From positions 12,611 through 76,610 of the forward strand of contig CBFIDD010000002.1 of assembly GCA_965661285.1 (NCBI GenBank): a stretch of DNA of 64,000 nucleotides. The letters are read 5' to 3'. Origin of the DNA: Poseidonia sp. (lineage in GTDB: Archaea > Thermoplasmatota > Poseidoniia > Poseidoniales > Poseidoniaceae). Position numbers and translations under genes: made by a program. This document shows positions 38,211-46,265 of this stretch, piece after piece. The notes below the pieces were generated by a model. The model worked only from the letters and a program-made list of their open reading frames with translations, searched no databases and had not been told where the DNA came from. Position 1 is the first letter of the stretch; each line of letters opens with the position of its first letter.

Positions 38211-39584
38211 ATGTTCGCAGAAGCCATGGCGCGATTGCCATCTCGTCCAGCAGCGACAAGCAAGGAAGAATTCCGTGACCGGCAAATGCGATTGACCTCA
38301 CAATTTCGAAACGACGATGTCCTCATCCTTGCATCCCCCCCGTTTGCTGTTCACTCCAACGATGTTGAGTATCGCTATCGGACTTCAAGCGACCTGCTGT
38401 ATTTGACGGGCTGGACCGAACCAGAATCCGTGTTCGTCTTGAGGCACGACGGTTCATCATGGTCATCAGCGCTCTTCGTCCAGCCACAGGATACACTCAA
38501 GGAAATATGGGAAGGTCGTCGCCCTGGCGTGAAGGGTGCACTGGCAGACTTTTCGGTTGACGAGGCTTACAACAACGACGAACTTGAGGTAAAACTCAGT
38601 GAATGGCTGACCGACGCTCGTCGCGTTTTTCATCGGGGTGGGTTCCATGCCGGCGTGGATGGTCTCGTAGAAGCGGCTATTCGTCGACGAGACCGCGCTC
38701 GCCAGCATTTTGGCACAGGCCCTGTCGCTATGGAGGATCCCTCGGGTCTGCTCGCAGAGTTGCGACTGCGAAAATCAGATTCAGAGGTTGAACAAATGGT
38801 CTATGCCAGTAAGGTCGCTGCCATCGCCCACGAACTGGCCATGCGACACAGCAGGGACGGCATCACGGAATACCAACTGCAATCCGTCATCGAAGGCTTC
38901 TTTTCATACGCTGGAGCCTCAGGTTGGTCGTATCCTTCGATTGTAGGCTGCGGAGAAAATGCGACGATTCTTCACTACACGACCAATCAAGATGTGTGCG
39001 GTTCCGACGAGGTTATTTTGATCGATGCCGGTGCTGAATTCCGTGGCTATGCCAGCGACATCACCCGTTCATGGCCCATATCCGGTTCGTTTTCCGAAGC
39101 ACAGCGAGAAATCTACCAAGTCGTTCTTGATGCCCAACTTGCTGCCATTGAAGCCTGTCAAGTTGGTATGCCTTACACGGCTCCACATGATGCTGCTCGA
39201 AAGGTTCTCGCAGAAGGCCTGATTTCATTGGGTGTAATTTCACAAACCGTGGACGAAGCCCTTGATTTGGAGACGGGAGAACTGCGCCGTTGGTACATGC
39301 ACAACACCAGCCACTGGATTGGTTTGGATGTCCATGATGCGGGCGTCTACAAACCAGGGGGAGAACCTCGTCTGCTTGAAGCTGGCATGTGTTTGACCGT
39401 TGAGCCAGGTTTGTACTTTGGTGCTTGGCGACCCGATGTTGATTGTCCTGAACGCTATGCAAACATTGGTATTCGAATCGAAGACGATGTGCTCATCACA
39501 AACGATGGCCCCGTCGTCTTGACCGAAGATTGTCCGAAGACCATCGAAGACATTGAGCGCATCGTCGGCAAAGGCCTCGACTGA
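38211..39584 (+). CDS. pepP: Xaa-Pro aminopeptidase (M24B)
   Basis: N-terminal AMP_N-like domain, then metal ligands in LIDAGAEFRGYASDITR, HWIGLDVHD, VEPGLY and IRIEDDV. Confidence 0.9.
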   Translation: MFAEAMARLPSRPAATSKEEFRDRQMRLTSQFRNDDVLILASPPFAVHSNDVEYRYRTSSDLLYLTGWTEPESVFVLRHDGSSWSSALFVQPQDTLKEIWEGRRPGVKGALADFSVDEAYNNDELEVKLSEWLTDARRVFHRGGFHAGVDGLVEAAIRRRDRARQHFGTGPVAMEDPSGLLAELRLRKSDSEVEQMVYASKVAAIAHELAMRHSRDGITEYQLQSVIEGFFSYAGASGWSYPSIVGCGENATILHYTTNQDVCGSDEVILIDAGAEFRGYASDITRSWPISGSFSEAQREIYQVVLDAQLAAIEACQVGMPYTAPHDAARKVLAEGLISLGVISQTVDEALDLETGELRRWYMHNTSHWIGLDVHDAGVYKPGGEPRLLEAGMCLTVEPGLYFGAWRPDVDCPERYANIGIRIEDDVLITNDGPVVLTEDCPKTIEDIERIVGKGLD

Positions 39585-39587
39585 GGT

Positions 39588-40781
39588 GTGAACGTGGTGT
39601 GGAAGGAAATTCTTGCACGGCAGTCCTCTTGGACACGTGGCGCATCATCGACGCTGCGAATGACCACCGAGGATGCCGTTGTCCTCTACAACGATGCACC
39701 TCTCCATGAATTGATGCAAGCCGCACACCAACGACGGATGGCCATGCACCCGGACGGCAAGGTCACCTACCTCGTAGACCGGAACATCAACTACACCAAC
39801 GTCTGCACCATCAACTGTCAATTTTGTTCGTTTTACAGACCACCCGGTCATGAAGAAACGTACACGCAAACCTACCAGGAAATCTCGGCGAGGGTGCGTG
39901 AGTTGGAACAGATCGGTGGTTCACGCATTCTCATGCAGGGTGGTGTCAATCCTGCTCTACCATTTTCGTGGTACACTGATCTCCTTCAGCACCTTCGCAA
40001 GGAACATCCGACCATTGATCTTGATTGTTTCAGCCCGATTGAAATCGAGGGGCTTGCAGAAGTGTGTGGAATGAGCACACTTGACGTCCTCATCCACCTG
40101 AAAGAGGCTGGCATGCACGGGTTGCCGGGTGGTGGAGCAGAAATGCTCGTCGATGATGTACGAAAGGATGTGTCTCCCAAAAAAGGGTCCCCTGCGAATT
40201 GGCTTCGAGTCATGGGTGAGGCCCAATCCTTGGGCTTGACCACCAGTGCCACCAACGTCATTGGATTTGGAGAAGGTTCAGACGAGCGTGTGGAACACAT
40301 GCTTCGCATTCGTGAACTCCAAGACCGCTCACTGCGAGACCACGGGCATGGGTTCACATCCTTCATCGCTTGGCCTGTTCAGCTTGAAGTCAATTCTTTC
40401 GGTCGACGAAATCGCGGTCAGAACAAACACGTCTTGGGTGCAGGTTCGTCAGAATATCTGCGTCACGTTGCGGTATCTCGCCTGTTCCTCGATAATGTTG
40501 AGCACATCCAAGCCTCATGGCCAACGATGGGCATACATGTGGCCCAGATGGCCCTGCTCGCAGGTGCAGATGACGCCGGGTCGACCATGATGGAGGAAAA
40601 CGTCGTTTCTGCCTCGGGGACCAGCAAGTTGGATGCGACCGAGCATGAACTCCAATCCTCTATTCGCCGAGCAGGCTTTTTCCCTCAACGGCGGGACAGC
40701 GACTACACGCATCTCAAGACAAAACCCTTGGTTGAAGAGAATTTGAGCCTCGCTTCGCCCCCGCCCTCGCTTACGTCGTAG
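39588..40781 (+). CDS. radical SAM enzyme of the MqnC/MqnE/CofH family (futalosine-pathway type)
   Basis: NINYTNVCTINCQFCSFYR (CxxxCxxC), LMQGGVNP, LPGGGAEML and GFTSFIAWP. I cannot discriminate MqnC from MqnE by eye. GTG start at 39588; alternative ATG at 39660. Confidence 0.8.
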   Translation: MNVVWKEILARQSSWTRGASSTLRMTTEDAVVLYNDAPLHELMQAAHQRRMAMHPDGKVTYLVDRNINYTNVCTINCQFCSFYRPPGHEETYTQTYQEISARVRELEQIGGSRILMQGGVNPALPFSWYTDLLQHLRKEHPTIDLDCFSPIEIEGLAEVCGMSTLDVLIHLKEAGMHGLPGGGAEMLVDDVRKDVSPKKGSPANWLRVMGEAQSLGLTTSATNVIGFGEGSDERVEHMLRIRELQDRSLRDHGHGFTSFIAWPVQLEVNSFGRRNRGQNKHVLGAGSSEYLRHVAVSRLFLDNVEHIQASWPTMGIHVAQMALLAGADDAGSTMMEENVVSASGTSKLDATEHELQSSIRRAGFFPQRRDSDYTHLKTKPLVEENLSLASPPPSLTS

Positions 40782-43700
40782 GGCCATAGAACACAACCCA
40801 CACCACGGCACGGATGTTTCGTTGTCCGTTACCGATACCGTCTGAAGGAACGTATTCAGCACCGTTGTAATAGCCTCTGTAGACCAGGTGATTGGTGTTG
40901 TTGGTACCGTTATCGACCCAATCCGTGATGTCGTAGGTCCACTGCTTCACGTCTTGACCAGCGCACCATCCCGCTCGTCCGAACGGCCACGAACCGAATT
41001 GGTTCGCCACGACTCCGTTGTTGACCTCTTTTTCACACCCTTCGTTATCGTACACGATCGGATGCCATTCGTATGTTTGGTGCTCTCCCATGGTGTAGTA
41101 GTGTTGGTGGTCGCAGAATTCGGCACAATTGGCCGAATCCTTGTTGAATCCGTGGCCGGTGATGGTTGCCACAATTTCAACACTCGTGGCATACGAAGGT
41201 ACGCTGAAGTTGAGTTGTCGAACGTAGCGAGATTCGTTGTTGTAGGTTCCATCAAATTGACCACCGCTGAAGGCGTAAGTGGCGTTGACAGCACGTGAAC
41301 CGCTTCCCCAATTGCTGAACAGGAAGGTGACGGTCAAGTCGCCTTTATTGGCGCCAGCGTATTTGAAACGCCGGTCTTCTCCGTCGTTCAACATGAAGAG
41401 ATAGGGCGAGATGTCGGTCAACCACATCCCTTCACGACCGTACGTGGTGATCCATCGGACCGATTCCGTGTTACATATCGTGTCGTTATCTCGGTCACAG
41501 ATGAACATGTAGGCCAGGTAGTCCCATTCGTGACATCCACCGTACGAACCGTCGGATTTTTGATAGCGATTCGTTCGCTCAAAGCACGCATGTTCGTGGT
41601 AAACTTCCAACGTGTCGTAACTCGTGAGGTCATTGGGGAGGTCGAAGGTGGCGTTTGAGAAGGAGGAATATCCAGAACCCCAACCTCCTGAGTGCCGTTG
41701 GAAATCCATGATTTGAACGGCATGCACGGCCGGGTCTTGTTCTCGGATTTTGGTTGGGAATTCTGCCACCCACTGGTTCGGCTCAAATGAAAGGTGGAAC
41801 GGGTCATTTGATTGGCTCGTCCATGCATAGAGTGAACCGGTTTCCCGGGAGAGTTGGAATCGGTCAATCCCCATAAAGAAGGGGTTGTTGAAGGATGATA
41901 TCATCGACCCAATGCCACCACCGAGGTTGCTCGCATCGACGTCAATGTAGTGAATTCGGTCGTCCCAGTATGCTTCCTCGCTGTTGGTCAACCCAGCGAG
42001 CACAGCGTTTCGTTGCTGAATGACATCGTTGTGGTAACTGTTGTCAAAGGACCCGTAGAAAAGGTGTGTGTTGGCAGGGAGGTTCCGGATGAATTTCCCT
42101 GGGTTTTGTCCCCATGTCGCACCGTTGTTGTTTCCGCTGGAATCGGTGTACTTGAACATGAAGAAGTAGACATCATCTCCAGTCCATCGGTCTTTGAAAT
42201 TGAAGGTGCCGTTCAAGGTTGGAAACGAAAATTGCGGCACGGTTTGCATCGGGCCGTTGAGACTTGTCGCATCCGTCCACGGGACCGGTAATTGGACCAC
42301 AGCACAACCGTTCACATCCACACTCCAACGGTCGGGTGAGGATGCGCAATCATCGACATTCGCAAAGACGCCGTCCCCATCGATGTCGGCACATCCCGCA
42401 GCATTGACCATGAGGCCGGCGGGCGTTCCCTCACATTCGTCGAGCAAGTCATTCACGCCGTCGCTATCGGTATCTCGCTCTAGCGCCGCACACCCAACAT
42501 CGTTGACGTCGGTGGCGTTCAGTGGCGTCCGAGGACACAGGTCAAGTTGATCACCGGTCGCATTGACATCATTGACGCCGTCATTGTCGTCGTCGTCGTC
42601 TTCGGTTGCGTCCTGGCATCCATCGTTGTCCCAATCGGTGGTGTTGTCTGAGAGCCAGTTGGCGACACCTTTGGCACACGCATCGTTGAGATCGTTGTGG
42701 TCATCGTTGTCATCGTTATCGTCCTCATCAAGATCCGAACATCCGTCATTGTCCCAGTCGCTGTACCGGTTAGAATACCACCCCTTTCGTCCAACGGGAC
42801 ACAGGTCGTTGACATCATCGACCCCATCGTTGTCATCATCTTCATCCTCATTGGCGTCATGACACCCATCGTAATCGTAATCTGCGGACGGTGTGCTGAC
42901 CCAGCCGTAGGATGCAGCACAAAGGTCGTAGGTGTCCGGTATCCCATCGTTGTCGTCATCCTCGTCTTCGTCGTTGTCCCTGCATCCGTCTTGGTCGCCA
43001 TCCGTAGCCGTGGTTGATTCCCACCCTTCGTTGGCACCGATTCCCGACGGACACCGATCATAGATGTCCTGGACCCCGTCACCATCTTCGTCATCCCCTG
43101 CGCCCTCGATAATCACCTGTGTCGTAGCCGTGTCGCTTGACACACTGTAGCGACCGCAATTGGCATTGGAGGTGATGGTATGTGAGGAAATCGATTCGGT
43201 AAAATCCATCAAGATTTTCCATCCACCGTTTTCGTTAAGCGCAACGGTACCTTCGTTCCCGTCGGTCACGGTATACGACACCGCACACGAGTCAACATAG
43301 AGGTGGCTTACGCTCCCCTCAAACCACACCACGTTTGGTTGTTCCAAGACGAGACGGTTGGGAACACTCAACACCGGGGCCGGTTCATCCGGCGCATTGA
43401 TGTTCACCACCAGCACCAAAGGTTGGACGGATGGATTGAGTTGCGAGTCACCTGTGTTTTCAATGGTGATGGAAACGATATGTTCGCCGGTAGAGACCGG
43501 CGTGAATTTGAGTTGGTAACCGGTGTCCGTTTGCTCCCAAGTACGCTCGGATACCGGTGAAAAGTTTGGCTGAAGAACCGAGGCCTCGATGCTCCACTCG
43601 CCGGTACCTTCCTGGGTAATGCCAAGAATATACGTGAGCTCATCACCGAGTTGGGCTTCGGTTGGAGCGAGAATCCAATTTGTGTTCAAACTGTAGGTTG

Positions 43701-43806
43701 AGGCTGCTGGCTCCTCCTCCACAAGGGCGGGTTCGGTCGCCCCCATACACCCTGCAAGGGTCATGAGAGAGACGAGAATCAGAGCGGACCAACGTCGAGC
43801 ATCCAT
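40771..43806 (-). CDS. secreted lipoprotein: Ig-like N-terminal region + TSP3 repeats + C-terminal PNGase F-like domains
   Basis: The leader MDARRWSALILVSLMTLAGC carries RR and lipobox LAGC. The central part is DxDxDG repeats. The C-terminus aligns by eye with Elizabethkingia PNGase F: CHEWD (CDEWD), ITTYG (ITPYW), ITGHG...NCAEFC (ISGWGH...GCAEWC) and GRAGWCAGQDV (DRAGWCPGMAV). Confidence 0.8.
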   Translation of the reverse strand: MDARRWSALILVSLMTLAGCMGATEPALVEEEPAASTYSLNTNWILAPTEAQLGDELTYILGITQEGTGEWSIEASVLQPNFSPVSERTWEQTDTGYQLKFTPVSTGEHIVSITIENTGDSQLNPSVQPLVLVVNINAPDEPAPVLSVPNRLVLEQPNVVWFEGSVSHLYVDSCAVSYTVTDGNEGTVALNENGGWKILMDFTESISSHTITSNANCGRYSVSSDTATTQVIIEGAGDDEDGDGVQDIYDRCPSGIGANEGWESTTATDGDQDGCRDNDEDEDDDNDGIPDTYDLCAASYGWVSTPSADYDYDGCHDANEDEDDDNDGVDDVNDLCPVGRKGWYSNRYSDWDNDGCSDLDEDDNDDNDDHNDLNDACAKGVANWLSDNTTDWDNDGCQDATEDDDDDNDGVNDVNATGDQLDLCPRTPLNATDVNDVGCAALERDTDSDGVNDLLDECEGTPAGLMVNAAGCADIDGDGVFANVDDCASSPDRWSVDVNGCAVVQLPVPWTDATSLNGPMQTVPQFSFPTLNGTFNFKDRWTGDDVYFFMFKYTDSSGNNNGATWGQNPGKFIRNLPANTHLFYGSFDNSYHNDVIQQRNAVLAGLTNSEEAYWDDRIHYIDVDASNLGGGIGSMISSFNNPFFMGIDRFQLSRETGSLYAWTSQSNDPFHLSFEPNQWVAEFPTKIREQDPAVHAVQIMDFQRHSGGWGSGYSSFSNATFDLPNDLTSYDTLEVYHEHACFERTNRYQKSDGSYGGCHEWDYLAYMFICDRDNDTICNTESVRWITTYGREGMWLTDISPYLFMLNDGEDRRFKYAGANKGDLTVTFLFSNWGSGSRAVNATYAFSGGQFDGTYNNESRYVRQLNFSVPSYATSVEIVATITGHGFNKDSANCAEFCDHQHYYTMGEHQTYEWHPIVYDNEGCEKEVNNGVVANQFGSWPFGRAGWCAGQDVKQWTYDITDWVDNGTNNTNHLVYRGYYNGAEYVPSDGIGNGQRNIRAVVWVVFYGPTT
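42366..43098 (-). repeat. in-frame array of thrombospondin type-3 (DxDxDGxxD) repeat codons
   Basis: Periodic GAY-rich DNA encodes repeats of the type DGDQDGCRDNDEDEDDDNDGIPDTYD. It is coding, not CRISPR. Confidence 0.8.
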
Positions 43807-43843
43807 GCCTGTTGCTTGGCTGGGCTGTCTTTCAATGTGTTGT

Positions 43844-44995
43844 TCAACTGATGTCGAGTTCGGAGCGGCCGTCGTGAAGCGGCAGTGATGCTAACGCCAC
43901 CTTTCCGCTTCCGTGAGCGACCTTGAGCGGTTGTACCCAGAGCAGTGCGCCTCCCTTTTTCCTATCGATTCTCAAAATACACTCCCAATGGATGCGCAAG
44001 AGGTCGGTGTTGACTGACCCTGGCCATGCTGGCTGTGGCGGTTCAAGAACGAGAGGTTTTCCATCCTCCCACCGTTGTGGTTCATTTTGGACCATCACTC
44101 GCATCGGACGAAGATAGAGGCCACCTTTTACTTCCTTGAGTTCCATCGGGGCGTCCTCGCCTCCTGCCGTCCCATCATCCAAACCGACTTCCCAATGATG
44201 AGGTAGTTCCGTCGATAACCCGGGTGGAGGCTGACGTTTTGGGTCTCGATCAAGGGTTTCGAGCAGCACTTCCCGTGAGGGCGGAAGAACACCAACCCGG
44301 AGAATGGCATCGACATGGTTCCACGAGTCATCCCACTCAGGGAACGTGACATTGAACTCCAAGGATTCATGCGCTACACTGGGTTTTGAAAATTCTATGA
44401 CGGGTGTCTGAAGGTTTCGTTTCAAGAAAAGGTTTTGGCGCCGTAACTCGATCAAATTGGCAACGACTCTGAGGACCAGCGGTGCGAAAATGAGCGGGAC
44501 GACAAAAACTGCCAGAGCAGGATAATCAAGCAAGCCCCAGCGTACGGTTTCAAGCCCGTATACGGGGAGGTTGAGAAGGAGAAGGACCGGTGAGATGAAC
44601 AGGTAGAAAAGACAAGCGAGAAGAACGACCACAACACCATTGATAAACGTGCGAAGGACATTGTGAATCGGATTGGGAATCAGATACCAACCACGGCGTT
44701 GTCGTTTGATCAAACGCACATAGGGCTCGTTTTCTAAATGGGGGCTGGAAGGTGTATGTTGTAGACGCTCCTCGCCGAATATGTAGGTTCGCTCAATCAG
44801 CCACGACTGCTCATCACCGAGTTGAAATTCCGGACTGCGCTCCTTGATCACTTCCAGTGCTTCATCTTGCTCTTCATACTCACCAATCAGCGTGCGATGC
44901 GTTGCGATGGGGAGGGCTTCTGCTTCCCAACGTGCCGCTTCAAACGGCGGGTATCGAACCCGATGCTGTTCGTAGAGACGCTTCACGTCGAGCAC
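43844..44995 (-). CDS. hypothetical membrane protein (two TM helices, beta-rich C-terminal domain)
   Basis: Long ORF with no in-frame ATG downstream of the upstream gene's stop. In-frame GTG codons at 44995 and 44986 would start it 1-10 nt after the geranylgeranyl reductase stop. No family recognised. Confidence 0.45.
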   Translation of the reverse strand: MLDVKRLYEQHRVRYPPFEAARWEAEALPIATHRTLIGEYEEQDEALEVIKERSPEFQLGDEQSWLIERTYIFGEERLQHTPSSPHLENEPYVRLIKRQRRGWYLIPNPIHNVLRTFINGVVVVLLACLFYLFISPVLLLLNLPVYGLETVRWGLLDYPALAVFVVPLIFAPLVLRVVANLIELRRQNLFLKRNLQTPVIEFSKPSVAHESLEFNVTFPEWDDSWNHVDAILRVGVLPPSREVLLETLDRDPKRQPPPGLSTELPHHWEVGLDDGTAGGEDAPMELKEVKGGLYLRPMRVMVQNEPQRWEDGKPLVLEPPQPAWPGSVNTDLLRIHWECILRIDRKKGGALLWVQPLKVAHGSGKVALASLPLHDGRSELDIS

Positions 44996-44996
44996 C

Positions 44997-46211
44997 TCAG
45001 GACAACAACAATCGAACGCCTGCTTTGAGTGCAAGTGGGCGGAACGCTGGTACTTGCTTGAGCAAGGCCATACCAAGGGGGACTGGCTTTTCGATGTCCC
45101 CTATAGCGTTGATGAGTTGAAGCGTATCCGGGTGTGCGAAATTTGTGAAATGTTTGTCCAGTACGTCGTCCGAGCAATCACTCACGAGGAGATTGCGCAA
45201 CGTTCGAGCCCTGTCCTGCTCTTTTTTCATGGCGGCCCACGGTTTCTTGGTGATGGACTTGAGCGTCACCTCGTCTAGCGTGTTGGCCCGGATGGCTTCG
45301 CTGAGCGGCTCGATAATGCATTGAATTTGATGGAAGCCTGGTCCGAGTCCTCCGCCCGTGGTTGGCTTGGCCATGCCGGCTGCGTCGCCAAGTAACATGA
45401 CTCTGTTTTTGACTGGCTTTTTCACCATACCCGAAGGTACTGGTCCGCAATACCGGGCGATTTCTGAGGTGTTCGCGAACCGTTCTTTCCACAACGGATG
45501 GTCCATCAAATCCTGATAACACGATTCAATACTGCGTCCGTTGAGACGGTCGGCCGTCGACCACAACCCAATTCGATGGGTTCCAAATCCGGAAGGAATG
45601 ACCCAAGCGAAGAATCCCGGTGCGATACTGGAACCGCTGTACATCTCGAGCCAGCGTTCCCGACCTTCGTAGCCCACGACTTCTGTTTGAAAACCGATCA
45701 TCAATTCCTTCGGACGGCCCATTTTGAACGTCCGTCGAGTCCAGCTGTGGGCACCGTCTGCACCGATGAGGAGTTTGCAGTGGAGGTGGTGAATCTCGCC
45801 GGATTTACGCACGGTTACCTCAACGCCATCGTCGTTTGCCTGTGCGTTGAGTGGAACACTGTCCAGCCACAGGGTGGCACCTGCTTCCATGCCTTGCTGC
45901 ACAATGAACTGGTCAAATCGCTTGCGACACACAACATAGGTGCGTAGGACACCCTCTGTACCGACCGGTACCAACGTTCCACTTGGCCCGTGTATGAGGG
46001 CACCATCGACTTCTTCCAGAACGGTTTCATGACCGCCTACCACGTTCATTGCCGAGGGTGTGACCAAGCCTGCGCATTGAAACGGACGGCCAATTTCGGT
46101 GTGTTCCTCGAGCATGAGGACACGAAATCCTTGCTCACTGAGGAGCGTTGCTGCCCGTCCCCCTACAGGGCCTGCGCCGACGATGACGACATCAAAGCCG
46201 ACCGTGTCCAT
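44997..46211 (-). CDS. geranylgeranyl reductase family flavoprotein (digeranylgeranylglycerophospholipid reductase-like)
   Basis: FAD dinucleotide fold FDVVIVGAGPVGGRAATLL, CAGLV, and the GDAAG motif MLLGDAAGMAKPTTGGG. The ~400-aa length is typical of archaeal GGR. Confidence 0.88.
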   Translation of the reverse strand: MDTVGFDVVIVGAGPVGGRAATLLSEQGFRVLMLEEHTEIGRPFQCAGLVTPSAMNVVGGHETVLEEVDGALIHGPSGTLVPVGTEGVLRTYVVCRKRFDQFIVQQGMEAGATLWLDSVPLNAQANDDGVEVTVRKSGEIHHLHCKLLIGADGAHSWTRRTFKMGRPKELMIGFQTEVVGYEGRERWLEMYSGSSIAPGFFAWVIPSGFGTHRIGLWSTADRLNGRSIESCYQDLMDHPLWKERFANTSEIARYCGPVPSGMVKKPVKNRVMLLGDAAGMAKPTTGGGLGPGFHQIQCIIEPLSEAIRANTLDEVTLKSITKKPWAAMKKEQDRARTLRNLLVSDCSDDVLDKHFTNFAHPDTLQLINAIGDIEKPVPLGMALLKQVPAFRPLALKAGVRLLLS

Positions 46212-46265
46212 GTTTTCGCCTGGGGAAGGTATTGTTTCAACCTTCCTTCACTCATGGCCTTTCGG

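Noticed and set aside
42366-43098. Highly periodic GAT/GAC-rich DNA that could be mistaken for a repeat array or CRISPR-like structure.
   Set aside because: It is in frame within a long ORF and encodes thrombospondin type-3 Ca-binding repeats. There are no identical direct repeats separated by unique spacers, and no cas genes.
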